From an uncultured Nitrospirales bacterium (GTDB lineage Bacteria; Hydrogenedentota; Hydrogenedentia; Hydrogenedentales; GCA-2746185): a stretch of 64,000 nucleotides of DNA. Positions 49,029 through 58,431 of the stretch are shown here, one piece after another. The number at the start of each line of letters is the position of its first letter. The first letter of the stretch is position 1. The DNA lies in contig CAYXRK010000003.1 in the NCBI GenBank assembly GCA_964467615.1, forward strand, positions 14,624-78,623, read 5' to 3'. The notes beneath the pieces were generated by a model. The model saw only the letters and a list, made by a program, of their open reading frames with translations, did not search any database and was not told the DNA's origin. The position numbers were made by a program, and so were the translations under genes.

Positions 49029-49667
49029 ATGGCTTTCACGGTTGAACAGTTCATCAAGACTCGTCCGTACCTTTATCATGTGAGTGTGAAGGTGAACCTA
49101 ACTCTCATTCGCGAGCACAAATTCTTGTGGTGTGCCGAGGAACTCACTCGACGTGGAAATCGGCCCAGCCTTTCCAGCGCCAAGCGGCCCGATGATGTGT
49201 ATGTCGATGTTGATGGAACGAAAGTTTGTATACGTGATCAGGCCCCGCTGCACCAGGGCAACATAGAATTTGAAAGTGGCTGGACTTTCGGCAATGTGTT
49301 GCAGGACTTGAATTCGCGTGTGTACTTTTGGTCGGGCACAACTAAAGGTCCAACCGAATACGGTCGGCGATACCTCGCACGCTATCGATTGAAGCAACCC
49401 GTCATCCTGCGAATCCGTACCTCGGACGCGTTCGCTGTTAATTCGCCACCCGAGTTTTGCAAGTACAACTCCGGATCGCCGCGGTGCAGTGGTGGACGGA
49501 AGGGCCCACGGGGGCCAAACACTTTCTTGCGGCGCGAAGCGTGTCCATTCACCAGCGGTAAAGTGGTCGAAGTGACGTTTCGGGCTCAGATGAAGCTACC
49601 GAACGCCGTCGAGATCGCGGAGAGTTACGCGGGGCCTTGGGCCGACATCGACGAACTCCGGAGTTGA
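49029..49667 (+). CDS. hypothetical protein on a low-GC island; weak ADP-ribosyltransferase-fold (DarT/DUF4433-like) resemblance
   Basis: 212 aa with markedly lower GC (~50%) than the flanks. 'LYHVSVKVNLTLIREHKFLW' resembles the YHxT..NLxSIL N-terminus of DUF4433, and 'GNIEFESGW' could be an ExE motif. Speculative; no macrodomain partner is present. Confidence 0.3.
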   Translation: MAFTVEQFIKTRPYLYHVSVKVNLTLIREHKFLWCAEELTRRGNRPSLSSAKRPDDVYVDVDGTKVCIRDQAPLHQGNIEFESGWTFGNVLQDLNSRVYFWSGTTKGPTEYGRRYLARYRLKQPVILRIRTSDAFAVNSPPEFCKYNSGSPRCSGGRKGPRGPNTFLRREACPFTSGKVVEVTFRAQMKLPNAVEIAESYAGPWADIDELRS

Positions 49668-49908
49668 TGTCCCTTTCTGCCCGCAACAGCCCCTGGCAAA
49701 AGTCGCCCCACGACACTACGACGCCGCGCCCCGCCACATCCGCCCTGAGCCTGTCGAAGCGCGCCGCTCCGTTCGCCCTGAGCTTGTCGAAGGGTGCTAT
49801 CGAAGGGCCACCTATTTTCGTGCTTCGAGCATCGATTGAAACCATACGCGCGTTATGTGAAAATATATACAGTATATCGGGTTTTGAAACGATGGAGGGC
49901 ACGTCGCG

Positions 49909-50780
49909 TGAAGCGTGAACTCATATCCAAGCTGCACGGCGATTTCGAGCAACTGGTTCAGCGCGAGCAGGAGTCGGGAGTCGAGTTTTGGCTCGCACGC
50001 GACCTGCAACACCTCCTTGAATACGCTCGATGGGAGAATTTTTCTAAAGTCATCGAGAAGGCCAGAAGTGCTTGCGAGAATGCAGGTTACAGCACCGCCG
50101 ACCATTTTCTTGATGTCACGAAAATGGTCGATATCGGTTCCGGTGCCCAGCGTCCTATCGAGGACATCGCGCTCACCCGGTACGCGTGCTACCTCATCGC
50201 CCAGAACGGCGATCCCGCCAAGCCCGTCATCGCCTTTGCCCAGACCTACTTCGCGGTCCAGACCCGCAAGCAGGAAATCATCGAAAAGCGTCTCGCCGAG
50301 GTCGAGCGCCTGTCCGCGCGCAAAAAACTCACTGCGTCTGAGATAGAACTTTCAGGCATCATCTATGAACGCGTCGGCGACGAGCGGGCCTTCGGCCGCA
50401 TTCGAAGCAAGGGCGATATGGCGCTGTTTGGCGGACTGACAACGCAAGACATGAAGGACCGCCTCAGCGTTCCGAAGGGCCGCCCGCTCGCGGATTTCCT
50501 GCCCACCATCACCATCAAGGCCAAAGACTTCGCGAACGAGATCACCAACTTCAACATCAAGCGCGACGACTTGCGGACCGATCCCACCATCTCCGCCGAG
50601 CACGTGCGCAACAACACCGATGTTCGCAACTTGCTACACAAGCGAAGCATTGTCCCGGAAGAACTCCCCGCAGCGGAAGACACTCGGAAAATCGAACGCA
50701 GGCTCGCTTCGGAGGACAAGAAACTGCCCCAAGAAGCGAAAAAGCTTGAATGGCATGACAACGAAGTAGATGACGACTGA
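49909..50780 (+). CDS. dinD: DNA-damage-inducible protein D / RhuM-family protein
   Basis: '[33 protein letters not shown]' is nearly identical to the E. coli DinD block '[33 protein letters not shown]'. GTG start at 49909 with GGAGGG 9 nt upstream. Confidence 0.8.
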
Positions 50781-50855
50781 TCGGTGATAGGCCTCGAATG
50801 ACGTCGAAGCGCGGAAGCTGGAACCTCCCGCTGCTTTTGCAGGGTTGTGTCCTGT

Positions 50856-51860
50856 CTAAAGCAACTCCGCGATTTGGACGGCGTTGTAGGCCGCGCCTTT
50901 GAGAAGGTTATCAGAGACGATCCACATTTCGAGCGCGCTCGGGTGCGATAGGTCTTCGCGGATGCGGCCGACGAATGTCAGGCCGCTGCCGACGGCGTCG
51001 ATCGCCAGCGGATAAATCTGCTTTGCGGGATCGTCGCGCACTTCGACGCCCGGCGCTTTACGGAGCAGTTCGCGCGCTTGATCCGCGGTGAGCTTGCGTT
51101 CGGTCTCGACGTTGACGGACTCGCTGTGGCCAGTGTGGACCGGTACGCGCACGGTCGTCGCGGTCACGCGGATGGACTGGTCGCCAAGGATTTTCTTGGT
51201 CTCGTTGACCATCTTCATTTCTTCGGTGCTGTAGCCGTTGTCGTCGAAAGCGTCGCTCTGCGGGATTTGGGGGATACAGTTGAACGCGATCTGATACGGG
51301 AACACGTTCGGGGCGGCGGGCTTGCCATCGAGCACGGCGCGGGTCTGGCGCTCGAGTTCATCGAGCGCGGCCTTGCCCGCGCCCGAGACGGCCTGGTACG
51401 TCGACACGACCACGCGCATGATCTTGGCCGCGTCGTGCAGCGGTTTGAGGACAACCACCATCTGGATGGTCGAGCAGTTCGGATTTGCGATGATGCCCTC
51501 GTGCCATTTGATGTCGGCCGCGTTCACCTCCGGCACCACGAGCGGCACCTTCGGATCCATGCGCCAGGCGCTCGAATTGTCGATGACGACGCAGCCGTCC
51601 TTTGCCGCGAAGGGGGCGAACTTTTTGCTTGTCGATCCGCCCGCGCTGAACAGGGCAACTTCGACGCCCTTGAACGAATCCTCGCGCAGGACCTCGACGG
51701 GAATTTCTTCGCCGCGAAACGTCATCCGTCTGCCCTTCGAGCGTTCCGAAGCCAGGAGCCTGAGCTCCTTGACGTCGTAGTTGCGCGCTTCGAGCGTTCG
51801 CAGCATGCATTGGCCGACGACGCCGGTCGCCCCGGCTACGGCCACAACCTTACCCGACAT
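50856..51860 (-). CDS. asd: aspartate-semialdehyde dehydrogenase
   Basis: 'MSGKVVAVAGATGVVGQCMLRTL' NAD(P)-binding N-terminus, catalytic Cys region 'IIANPNCSTIQMVV', 334 aa. Confidence 0.9.
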   Translation of the reverse strand: MSGKVVAVAGATGVVGQCMLRTLEARNYDVKELRLLASERSKGRRMTFRGEEIPVEVLREDSFKGVEVALFSAGGSTSKKFAPFAAKDGCVVIDNSSAWRMDPKVPLVVPEVNAADIKWHEGIIANPNCSTIQMVVVLKPLHDAAKIMRVVVSTYQAVSGAGKAALDELERQTRAVLDGKPAAPNVFPYQIAFNCIPQIPQSDAFDDNGYSTEEMKMVNETKKILGDQSIRVTATTVRVPVHTGHSESVNVETERKLTADQARELLRKAPGVEVRDDPAKQIYPLAIDAVGSGLTFVGRIREDLSHPSALEMWIVSDNLLKGAAYNAVQIAELL

Positions 51861-51905
51861 TGCTGAGAGTCCTCCCTCGAATCAATGCGCTATGCGCATC
51901 AGCCG

Positions 51906-51938
51906 AACATAAAAGAAGGGCCGGCGCGAAACCGGCCC
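51906..51938 (-). terminator. intrinsic terminator downstream of trxA (minus strand): gggccgg-tttcgcg-ccggccc followed by TTCTTTTAT
   Basis: Perfect 7-bp GC stem with 7-nt loop at 51918-51938 (plus coordinates). The T-tract on the minus strand corresponds to 51908-51917. Confidence 0.65.
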
Positions 51939-51966
51939 AGCGGTAAACCAAAAAATCTGATCGGTG

Positions 51967-52287
51967 CTACTTCGAAGCGGCGTCGATGGCCGCAGCCAAG
52001 TCGGCCTTGCGGGTCACGCCTATGAACTGCTTGGCGACCTGTCCGTCTTTCATGACCAACAAGGTGGGAATGCTGCCCACGTTGTAGCGGACCGCCAAGT
52101 CGCTTTCGTCGTCTACGTTGATTTTGCCGACCTTCGCCTTGCCCGCGTATTCGCCCGCGAGCTCATCGACGAGCGGAGCAATCATTTTGCATGGGCCGCA
52201 CCATTCCGCCCAGAAATCCACGAGCGTGACGCCCTCGTTCACCGTAGCGTCGAAATTGGCCGTCGTTAGCTGCAATGCCTTACCCAT
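51967..52287 (-). CDS. trxA: thioredoxin
   Basis: 'LVDFWAEWCGPCKMIAPLVDEL' contains the WCGPC active site. 106 aa from ATG 52287. Confidence 0.95.
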   Translation of the reverse strand: MGKALQLTTANFDATVNEGVTLVDFWAEWCGPCKMIAPLVDELAGEYAGKAKVGKINVDDESDLAVRYNVGSIPTLLVMKDGQVAKQFIGVTRKADLAAAIDAASK

Positions 52288-52493
52288 GATTCTCGCTCCT
52301 TTAGTCCAAGCGCCCTTGGCGAACTGCAACCAGCCCCAGGGCGTATCCAACGTAAACCGACTAAGTATAACGAATATTCCGGGGGTGGGGAAACTTGGCG
52401 TCGATACGGTGGAGGTCTCGTAGCGCTAAAAGCTAGACTTCGCGTGTCCAATGCGTTTCTACATGTGACTTGGCTCTGATTACGGACGTACCT

Positions 52494-53435
52494 ATGAAGC
52501 CCGAAGAAGCGGTAGAGGAAGTCCCGTTTGACTCCGCGATTGATTTGGTCAACTACCTGCGTCCGAGCAATCCGGTTTGGGGAGCAGACCGCGATAATCC
52601 GTGGGTATTCCGCGGCCACAGGGATGCGGAATGGGAACTCAAACCTTGCGCATGGCGCAAGGACGGCGAGTACCGGTTAAAACCTGTCTCGGATTTTTTT
52701 GATAGTCTGGCAAGAGAAAAGGTCAAGAGACGCCAAGCAACTGGAATAAGCACTTGCGATTCCGAAGTCGAAGTGATTAAGTCGATCGCCGCGCAATTGC
52801 ACGTGTTGGAGGATTTCGTCTCGCTGGCAAACGAGATAGGAATCGGAGAAGGCCTAAACCCATTTTGTCCAACCGCCCGAGGTTTTCTTGGCCACACTAA
52901 CCTTCGCTATGACTTCCAGAGGAAAGAGGAAACCGCGTTCGCCCAACACCACGGCATTCCGACATTTCTGCTTGACTGGACCCACGATCCATTTACTGCG
53001 ACGTTTTTTGCCGCAGCGGGGGATCAAACCACGGACCAAACCACGGCGCAAAGCATCGCGATTTGGGCATACGATACTCGAGTCGATATGGGCCACATCG
53101 GGATTAGTCGATACGAGCCGTCCGGTGCGTTGACTCGATATGCGCACGCTCAACGCAGTGTGTTTCTATACCATGAAAAAGGTGTGGATTGGAGAATGTC
53201 CAAAGGATGCTGGCCCTCGATCTTGAACGCACTACAGGAAGAGGGGGTATCGCGGTTCGAAAGGCAGCCGTTTAGAAAGGTTACGCTACCACGCGATCAG
53301 TGCAACGCTCTTCTCAGAATTCTATGGCGCGAACGGAAGACGCTTGCCCACTTGATGCCGTCGCCGGACAACGTGGCTAAGACCGTTATGAAATCTGGCG
53401 CGGCACTGTTATCGAACCAGGACAGTGATCCTTGA
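52494..53435 (+). CDS. FRG-domain protein (low-GC island)
   Basis: 'NPWVFRGHRDAEWELKP' is the eponymous F-R-G motif in its usual context. ~313 aa, gene GC ~52% against ~66% background. Start is ATG 52494 or TTG 52470. Confidence 0.65.
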   Translation: MKPEEAVEEVPFDSAIDLVNYLRPSNPVWGADRDNPWVFRGHRDAEWELKPCAWRKDGEYRLKPVSDFFDSLAREKVKRRQATGISTCDSEVEVIKSIAAQLHVLEDFVSLANEIGIGEGLNPFCPTARGFLGHTNLRYDFQRKEETAFAQHHGIPTFLLDWTHDPFTATFFAAAGDQTTDQTTAQSIAIWAYDTRVDMGHIGISRYEPSGALTRYAHAQRSVFLYHEKGVDWRMSKGCWPSILNALQEEGVSRFERQPFRKVTLPRDQCNALLRILWRERKTLAHLMPSPDNVAKTVMKSGAALLSNQDSDP

Positions 53436-53496
53436 ACATGCCTTCGCAGGAATGACAGAGGTAGCGCAAACTAATTTGCGATCGTGATGAGCTACG

Positions 53497-53772
53497 GTGG
53501 AAGATGAACGCATGACGATTACGAAACAGATTGTTGCCGAGCGGCTTGCGGCATACATTCACCACGAGTTGTCTATCGGCGAACTGGTGGATTGGGCGGA
53601 ACGGGCGATGATGGACGGTGAATTCGAGACGAATGACGTGGCCGAGTTGGCGGCGGTCGTCGCCCGGCTGGGCGTCGCGGACGCGCGCGCATTCGGGCTG
53701 ACCTGGGAAGATTGCGAAGACCTGCTCCGCCGCGTGGGATACCAGGCCCGAGTAGAAATAGTTTCCGCATAA
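53497..53772 (+). CDS. small acidic hypothetical protein (86-91 aa) immediately downstream of the FRG gene
   Basis: ORF with good codon periodicity, no known motif (..ELSIGELVDWAERAMMDGEFETNDVAELAAVVARLG..). Alternative start 53512. Confidence 0.4.
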   Translation: MEDERMTITKQIVAERLAAYIHHELSIGELVDWAERAMMDGEFETNDVAELAAVVARLGVADARAFGLTWEDCEDLLRRVGYQARVEIVSA

Positions 53773-53902
53773 CGCCGCATTCGCGCGACGTCAATTGGCG
53801 GTCGCCTCGACAACGCCTAACATCTGTCGCGTACACTACTCAGCGAGCGGCCTGCGGCATGTCGCTAGGCACGCTTCCTTCAACCTCCACGAAGTGAATC
53901 TG

Positions 53903-54874
53903 ATGAAACGAATTGGTGTATTGACCAGCGGCGGCGATTCGCCCGGCATGAATGCGGCGATCCGCGCCGTGACGCGGGCCGCCATTTACCACGGCCTCGA
54001 AGTCGTCGGTATTGAGCGTGGGTACCAGGGTCTCGTCGACTCGATGTTGCGGCCGCTGTACCTGCGGTCGGTCTCGGGGATTATCAATCGCGGCGGCACG
54101 ATACTTCGGACCGCGCGCTGCCAAGAGTTCTACGAAATCGACGGGCGCGAAGCCGCCGCGAAAACCTTGGACGAAGAGCGCATCGATGGCCTCGTGGTTA
54201 TCGGCGGCGACGGGTCCTATCGCGGCGCGGAGGCGCTCGAGCAGGAACACGGCTCGCGCTGTATCGGGCTGCCGGGCACTATCGACAATGACATCGGCGG
54301 CACCGACTACACCATCGGTTTTGACACGGCGCTGAACACGGCCATCGAGGCCATCGACCGCATCCGCGATACGGCGGGTTCGCACGAGCGCGTGTTTTTC
54401 GTCGAGGTGATGGGGCGCGGCAGCGGCTACATCGCAATCATGAGCGCGATTGCGGGCGGCGCGGAACACGTCCTGGTGCCGGAAACGCCCACGAGCATCG
54501 AGACCCTAATTGCACGCATCAAACAAGGACAAGAAACGGGCAAGACGTCGCACATCATCGTCGTCGCCGAGGGAGACGAAGCCGGCGGGGCGATGGAGAT
54601 CGCGCGCAAAGTCGAGGCCGGATCGGACATTCGAGGCACGCGCGTCACCGTGATCGGCCACTTGCAGCGCGGCGGCGGCCCGACGGCATTCGACCGCATC
54701 CTCGCTAGCCGAATGGGCGTGTTCGCGGTCGAGACACTCCTCGCCGGCGAAGCGGGCAAAATGGTGGGCATTCGCGGCGGGCAGCTCGTCCTCAAACCCT
54801 TCTCTGCGGCACATGAAGAATCAGCGCGTTTCGACCCAGGCTTGAGCAAGATTGCCGAGATCCTGTCGATTTGA
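53903..54874 (+). CDS. pfkA: ATP-dependent 6-phosphofructokinase
   Basis: 'MKRIGVLTSGGDSPGMNAAIRAV', 'GGDGSYRGA', 'GLPGTIDNDI', 'MGRGSGYIA' are the canonical PFK-A motifs. Confidence 0.9.
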   Translation: MKRIGVLTSGGDSPGMNAAIRAVTRAAIYHGLEVVGIERGYQGLVDSMLRPLYLRSVSGIINRGGTILRTARCQEFYEIDGREAAAKTLDEERIDGLVVIGGDGSYRGAEALEQEHGSRCIGLPGTIDNDIGGTDYTIGFDTALNTAIEAIDRIRDTAGSHERVFFVEVMGRGSGYIAIMSAIAGGAEHVLVPETPTSIETLIARIKQGQETGKTSHIIVVAEGDEAGGAMEIARKVEAGSDIRGTRVTVIGHLQRGGGPTAFDRILASRMGVFAVETLLAGEAGKMVGIRGGQLVLKPFSAAHEESARFDPGLSKIAEILSI

Positions 54875-55048
54875 ACTGCAGACCGGAAATACGCCAAGCA
54901 TTGTCTAGGCCTCGTCCTGCACGCGGCAGCGTGGACTGCGGTAGTTCTGCTAAGGTCTCGATAGAAGCTCGCTTTGTTGAAAGTCATTGTTCCTCGGCAT
55001 CGGCGGGGCTGCGGTAATAGAATTGACTGCGGCGATTAGCTCGCTCTG

Positions 55049-58000
55049 TTGCTCCTTTTGCCACTCGTGATCAAAGACACACTTCCTCAACTCGACGTTG
55101 TTTCGAGGATTGCCGCCCTTACGCCCGCCAAGCGCCGCGGGGGCGTCGAGGTTGTCGGGCCGTGGGGATCGGGCAAGGCGCTCGTCGCCGTTCAAACGGC
55201 CCAGGCCCTGGGCGCGTCGCTGTTGTACATCACGCACGGGCGCATCGACGCCGAATCCGCCTTCGAAGACCTGTGCTCCTTCACCGATCCGGAGCAATGC
55301 ACGCTGCTGCCCGCGTGGGAAGTGCTCCCGACGGACGCGATGAAGCCCGCGGACGACGTCGTCGCCGAACGAATGAACGCACTCGAACGCATCGGCCTTG
55401 CGCGCGAGCGCGGTGGACCCGTCTTCGCGTCGCTGTCCGTGCGCGCGCTGTTGCAACGCGTGCTGGATCGCAAGGAACTGCTGCGCGACACGCTTACGCT
55501 CCGCGCGGGCGAGGAGTACGACCTCGAGGACATCGTCGCCCGGCTCGTCAAACTCGGCTACGAGCGCGAACTGATGGTCGAGCAGCGCGGCCAACTTTCC
55601 GTGCGCGGCGGCATCTTCGACGTGTTCCCGATATCGAGCGAGTTGCCGTATCGCATCGAGTTTTTTGGCGACGAGATTGAATCGATTCGCCGGTTTGAAC
55701 CGGAAACGCAACGCAGCGTCGATACGCGCGCGGAAATCCAAATTCTCCCACGCTCAGAGAAGCGCCTGCTCGAGGCGCAGGGCCATGACCCGCGCGCGCT
55801 GTCGTCCATCATTGATTACTTCCCCGAAAACACGATCTTCGCAGTTGACGAACCGCTCGCCATTATGGAAGAGGCCGAACGACTCGAAGCGCAATTCGCG
55901 AGCACGTCGTTCATGATGACCTGGGACGAAGCGACTAGCCACGCGCGTGGCCTTTTCCACCTCTCGCTCGCCCAAATCGCGCACGACCCGCGCGAGGGCG
56001 CGCTCCGCATGACCGCGCCGATGCTCTCGATGTCGAGTTGGCGCGACCGGCAGGACGGCTTCTGGGACCAACTCACGGAATGGGACCAGGCTGGCTACGC
56101 CGTCCAACTCTATTGCAACAACCCCGGCGAACGGCGACGACTGCTCGAGATTCTCGAAGAGCGCGGCTACCGCCCCGGCAAGGACGCCTTCGACCTTCGC
56201 ATCGGCATCGGCCAGTTGCGCGCCGGGTTCGCCTCGCCGAAGGACAAGTTCGCCGTGCTGAGCGAGCGCGAAATTTTCGGACGAAAATACGTCCGCCGCA
56301 AACGCCGCCGCTTTTCCGCGGGCGCCGCCATCACGGCCTTCAGCGACCTCAAGGCCGGCGACTACATCGTCCACATGGACCACGGCGTTGGGCGCTATCT
56401 CGGCCTCAGACGTTTCCAGGATCGCGCGGGCGATTTCCTCGGCGTCCAATACGCGGGCGGCGACATCATGTACCTGCCCGTCACGCACGTGGACCTCGTG
56501 CAGAAATACGTGGGCGGCGACGGCGTCGTACCGAAGATCGACCGGCTCGGCGGCGCGTCCTGGGCCAAGACCAAGGGCCGCGTCAAGAAGGCCGTCAAGG
56601 AAATGACGGAGGAGCTGCTGCGACTATACGCCGCACGCGAAACACAGGAGGGCCAAGCCTTCAGCCCCGATACGCATTGGCAACGCGAATTCGAGGACGC
56701 CTTCGAGTACGACGAGACGCCCGACCAGATCCGAGCCATCCTGGACGTGAAGGCCGACATGCAATCGCCCAAACCGATGGAACGCCTCATCTGCGGCGAC
56801 GTCGGCTACGGCAAAACCGAAGTCGCCATGCGCGCGGCGTTCAAGGCGGTGATGGACGGGTTCCAAGTCGCAGTGCTTGTGCCCACCACGATCCTCGCCG
56901 AGCAGCACTACAACACGTTTCGCGAGCGCCTCGCCGATTTCCCGGTCAAGGTTGAGATGCTCAGCCGCTTCCGCTCGCCAAAGCAGCAAGGCGAGATCGT
57001 CCGCAAGTTGCGCGACGGCGAACTCGATATCGTCATCGGCACGCACCGCCTCACGTCCGGCGACGTCAAATTCCACAACCTCGGCCTCATCGTTCTCGAC
57101 GAGGAACAACGGTTCGGCGTCAAACACAAGGAACGGCTCAAGCATCTCAAGACCAACGTGGACGTGCTCTCGCTTTCCGCGACGCCCATCCCGCGCACGA
57201 TGCACATGGCGCTCATGGGCGTGCGCGACATGAGCGTCATCAACACCGCGCCGAACGACCGCCTGCCGATTCACACGTGCATCGAAGTGTTTGACGAACA
57301 ACTCATCGCCGAAGCGATCGCGCGCGAACTTGCCCGCGAAGGCCAGGTCTTCTACCTGCACAACCGCGTGCAGACCATTGCGAGCGTGGCCACCGTGGTC
57401 AAGAAGCTCGTGCCACGGGCCCGCGTCGGCATCGGCCACGGCCAGATGCACGAAGACGAACTCGAGGAGGTCATGGCGCGATTCATCCGCGGCGAACTCG
57501 ATGTGCTCGTCTGCACGACGATCATCGGCTCGGGCCTCGACATTCCCAACGCGAACACGATCATCGTCGATCGCGCGGACACGTTTGGCCTCTCCGAACT
57601 CTACCAACTGCGCGGGCGCGTCGGCCGCTACAAACATCGCGCCTTCGCCTATCTGCTCGTGCCCGGCGATCGCGCGCTCACCGAAGACGCGCAAAAAAGG
57701 CTCAAGGCCCTCGAGGAATTCAGCACGCTCGGCGCGGGGTTCCGCATCGCCATGCGCGACCTCGAAATCCGCGGCGCGGGAAACATGCTCGGCCATCAAC
57801 AGAGCGGCCACATCGCCGCCGTCGGCTACGACACCTACAGCCAGCTCATCGAGGAGGCCGTCGCCGAACTCAAGGGCGCGCCCGTCCGTACGCTAAATCT
57901 TCCGCTGTTCGACGGTACGGTGGACGGCTTCATCCCCGACGCCTACATCGAGTCCGAGCCGCAGAAAATCACCGTCTACAAACGCATCGCCAATCTAAAA

Positions 58001-58336
58001 TCCATCGAGGAAATCGACGAAATGGCCGGCGAACTCAAAGACCGCTTCGGCCCGCCGCCCGGTCCCGTCAAACGCCTGCTCGACGTCATGCGCGTGCGTG
58101 CGTTGGCCGCGGAGATTGGCGCGAAACGCGTCCGCGCCGGAAAAGACGCCATCGTAATCGAACTCAGCGACTCGACCCTCATCCGCCGCGAAAACCAACC
58201 CAAACTTCGCCAACAACTCGGCCCCCGCGCCGATTTCGCATGGGGCGCCGCGCCGGCAATTACTTACGGATCGAACGGCACGGACGACGTGCTGGGCGTG
58301 TCGCTGTCTGTATTGACGCGACTGCTCGAACCGTAA
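55049..58336 (+). CDS. mfd: transcription-repair coupling factor
   Basis: 1,095 aa. UvrB-homology N-terminus, RNAP-interacting 'DHGVGRYLGL', SF2 translocase motifs 'GDVGYGKTEVAMRAAF', 'LIVLDEEQRFG', 'LSATPIPRT', and the TRCF C-terminal domain. Confidence 0.95.
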   Translation: MLLLPLVIKDTLPQLDVVSRIAALTPAKRRGGVEVVGPWGSGKALVAVQTAQALGASLLYITHGRIDAESAFEDLCSFTDPEQCTLLPAWEVLPTDAMKPADDVVAERMNALERIGLARERGGPVFASLSVRALLQRVLDRKELLRDTLTLRAGEEYDLEDIVARLVKLGYERELMVEQRGQLSVRGGIFDVFPISSELPYRIEFFGDEIESIRRFEPETQRSVDTRAEIQILPRSEKRLLEAQGHDPRALSSIIDYFPENTIFAVDEPLAIMEEAERLEAQFASTSFMMTWDEATSHARGLFHLSLAQIAHDPREGALRMTAPMLSMSSWRDRQDGFWDQLTEWDQAGYAVQLYCNNPGERRRLLEILEERGYRPGKDAFDLRIGIGQLRAGFASPKDKFAVLSEREIFGRKYVRRKRRRFSAGAAITAFSDLKAGDYIVHMDHGVGRYLGLRRFQDRAGDFLGVQYAGGDIMYLPVTHVDLVQKYVGGDGVVPKIDRLGGASWAKTKGRVKKAVKEMTEELLRLYAARETQEGQAFSPDTHWQREFEDAFEYDETPDQIRAILDVKADMQSPKPMERLICGDVGYGKTEVAMRAAFKAVMDGFQVAVLVPTTILAEQHYNTFRERLADFPVKVEMLSRFRSPKQQGEIVRKLRDGELDIVIGTHRLTSGDVKFHNLGLIVLDEEQRFGVKHKERLKHLKTNVDVLSLSATPIPRTMHMALMGVRDMSVINTAPNDRLPIHTCIEVFDEQLIAEAIARELAREGQVFYLHNRVQTIASVATVVKKLVPRARVGIGHGQMHEDELEEVMARFIRGELDVLVCTTIIGSGLDIPNANTIIVDRADTFGLSELYQLRGRVGRYKHRAFAYLLVPGDRALTEDAQKRLKALEEFSTLGAGFRIAMRDLEIRGAGNMLGHQQSGHIAAVGYDTYSQLIEEAVAELKGAPVRTLNLPLFDGTVDGFIPDAYIESEPQKITVYKRIANLKSIEEIDEMAGELKDRFGPPPGPVKRLLDVMRVRALAAEIGAKRVRAGKDAIVIELSDSTLIRRENQPKLRQQLGPRADFAWGAAPAITYGSNGTDDVLGVSLSVLTRLLEP

Positions 58337-58431
58337 GTTGGCTCCAATTTCACCGATAGGATCGCGTCTTCAGAATGCCGGATGCGGTATAGTATGACAA
58401 TCCAAAATCTATGTGCCTCGGAAACACCGCT

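Noticed and set aside
49790-49830. Possible LexA/SOS box upstream of dinD (atatatacagtatat)
   Set aside because: Only one ACAG half-site fits the E. coli-type consensus, and no CTGT partner is at the right spacing. It is kept only as an AT-rich region within the upstream-repeat finding, not called as an operator.
56624-57811. 395-aa minus-strand ORF
   Set aside because: It is antisense to mfd.
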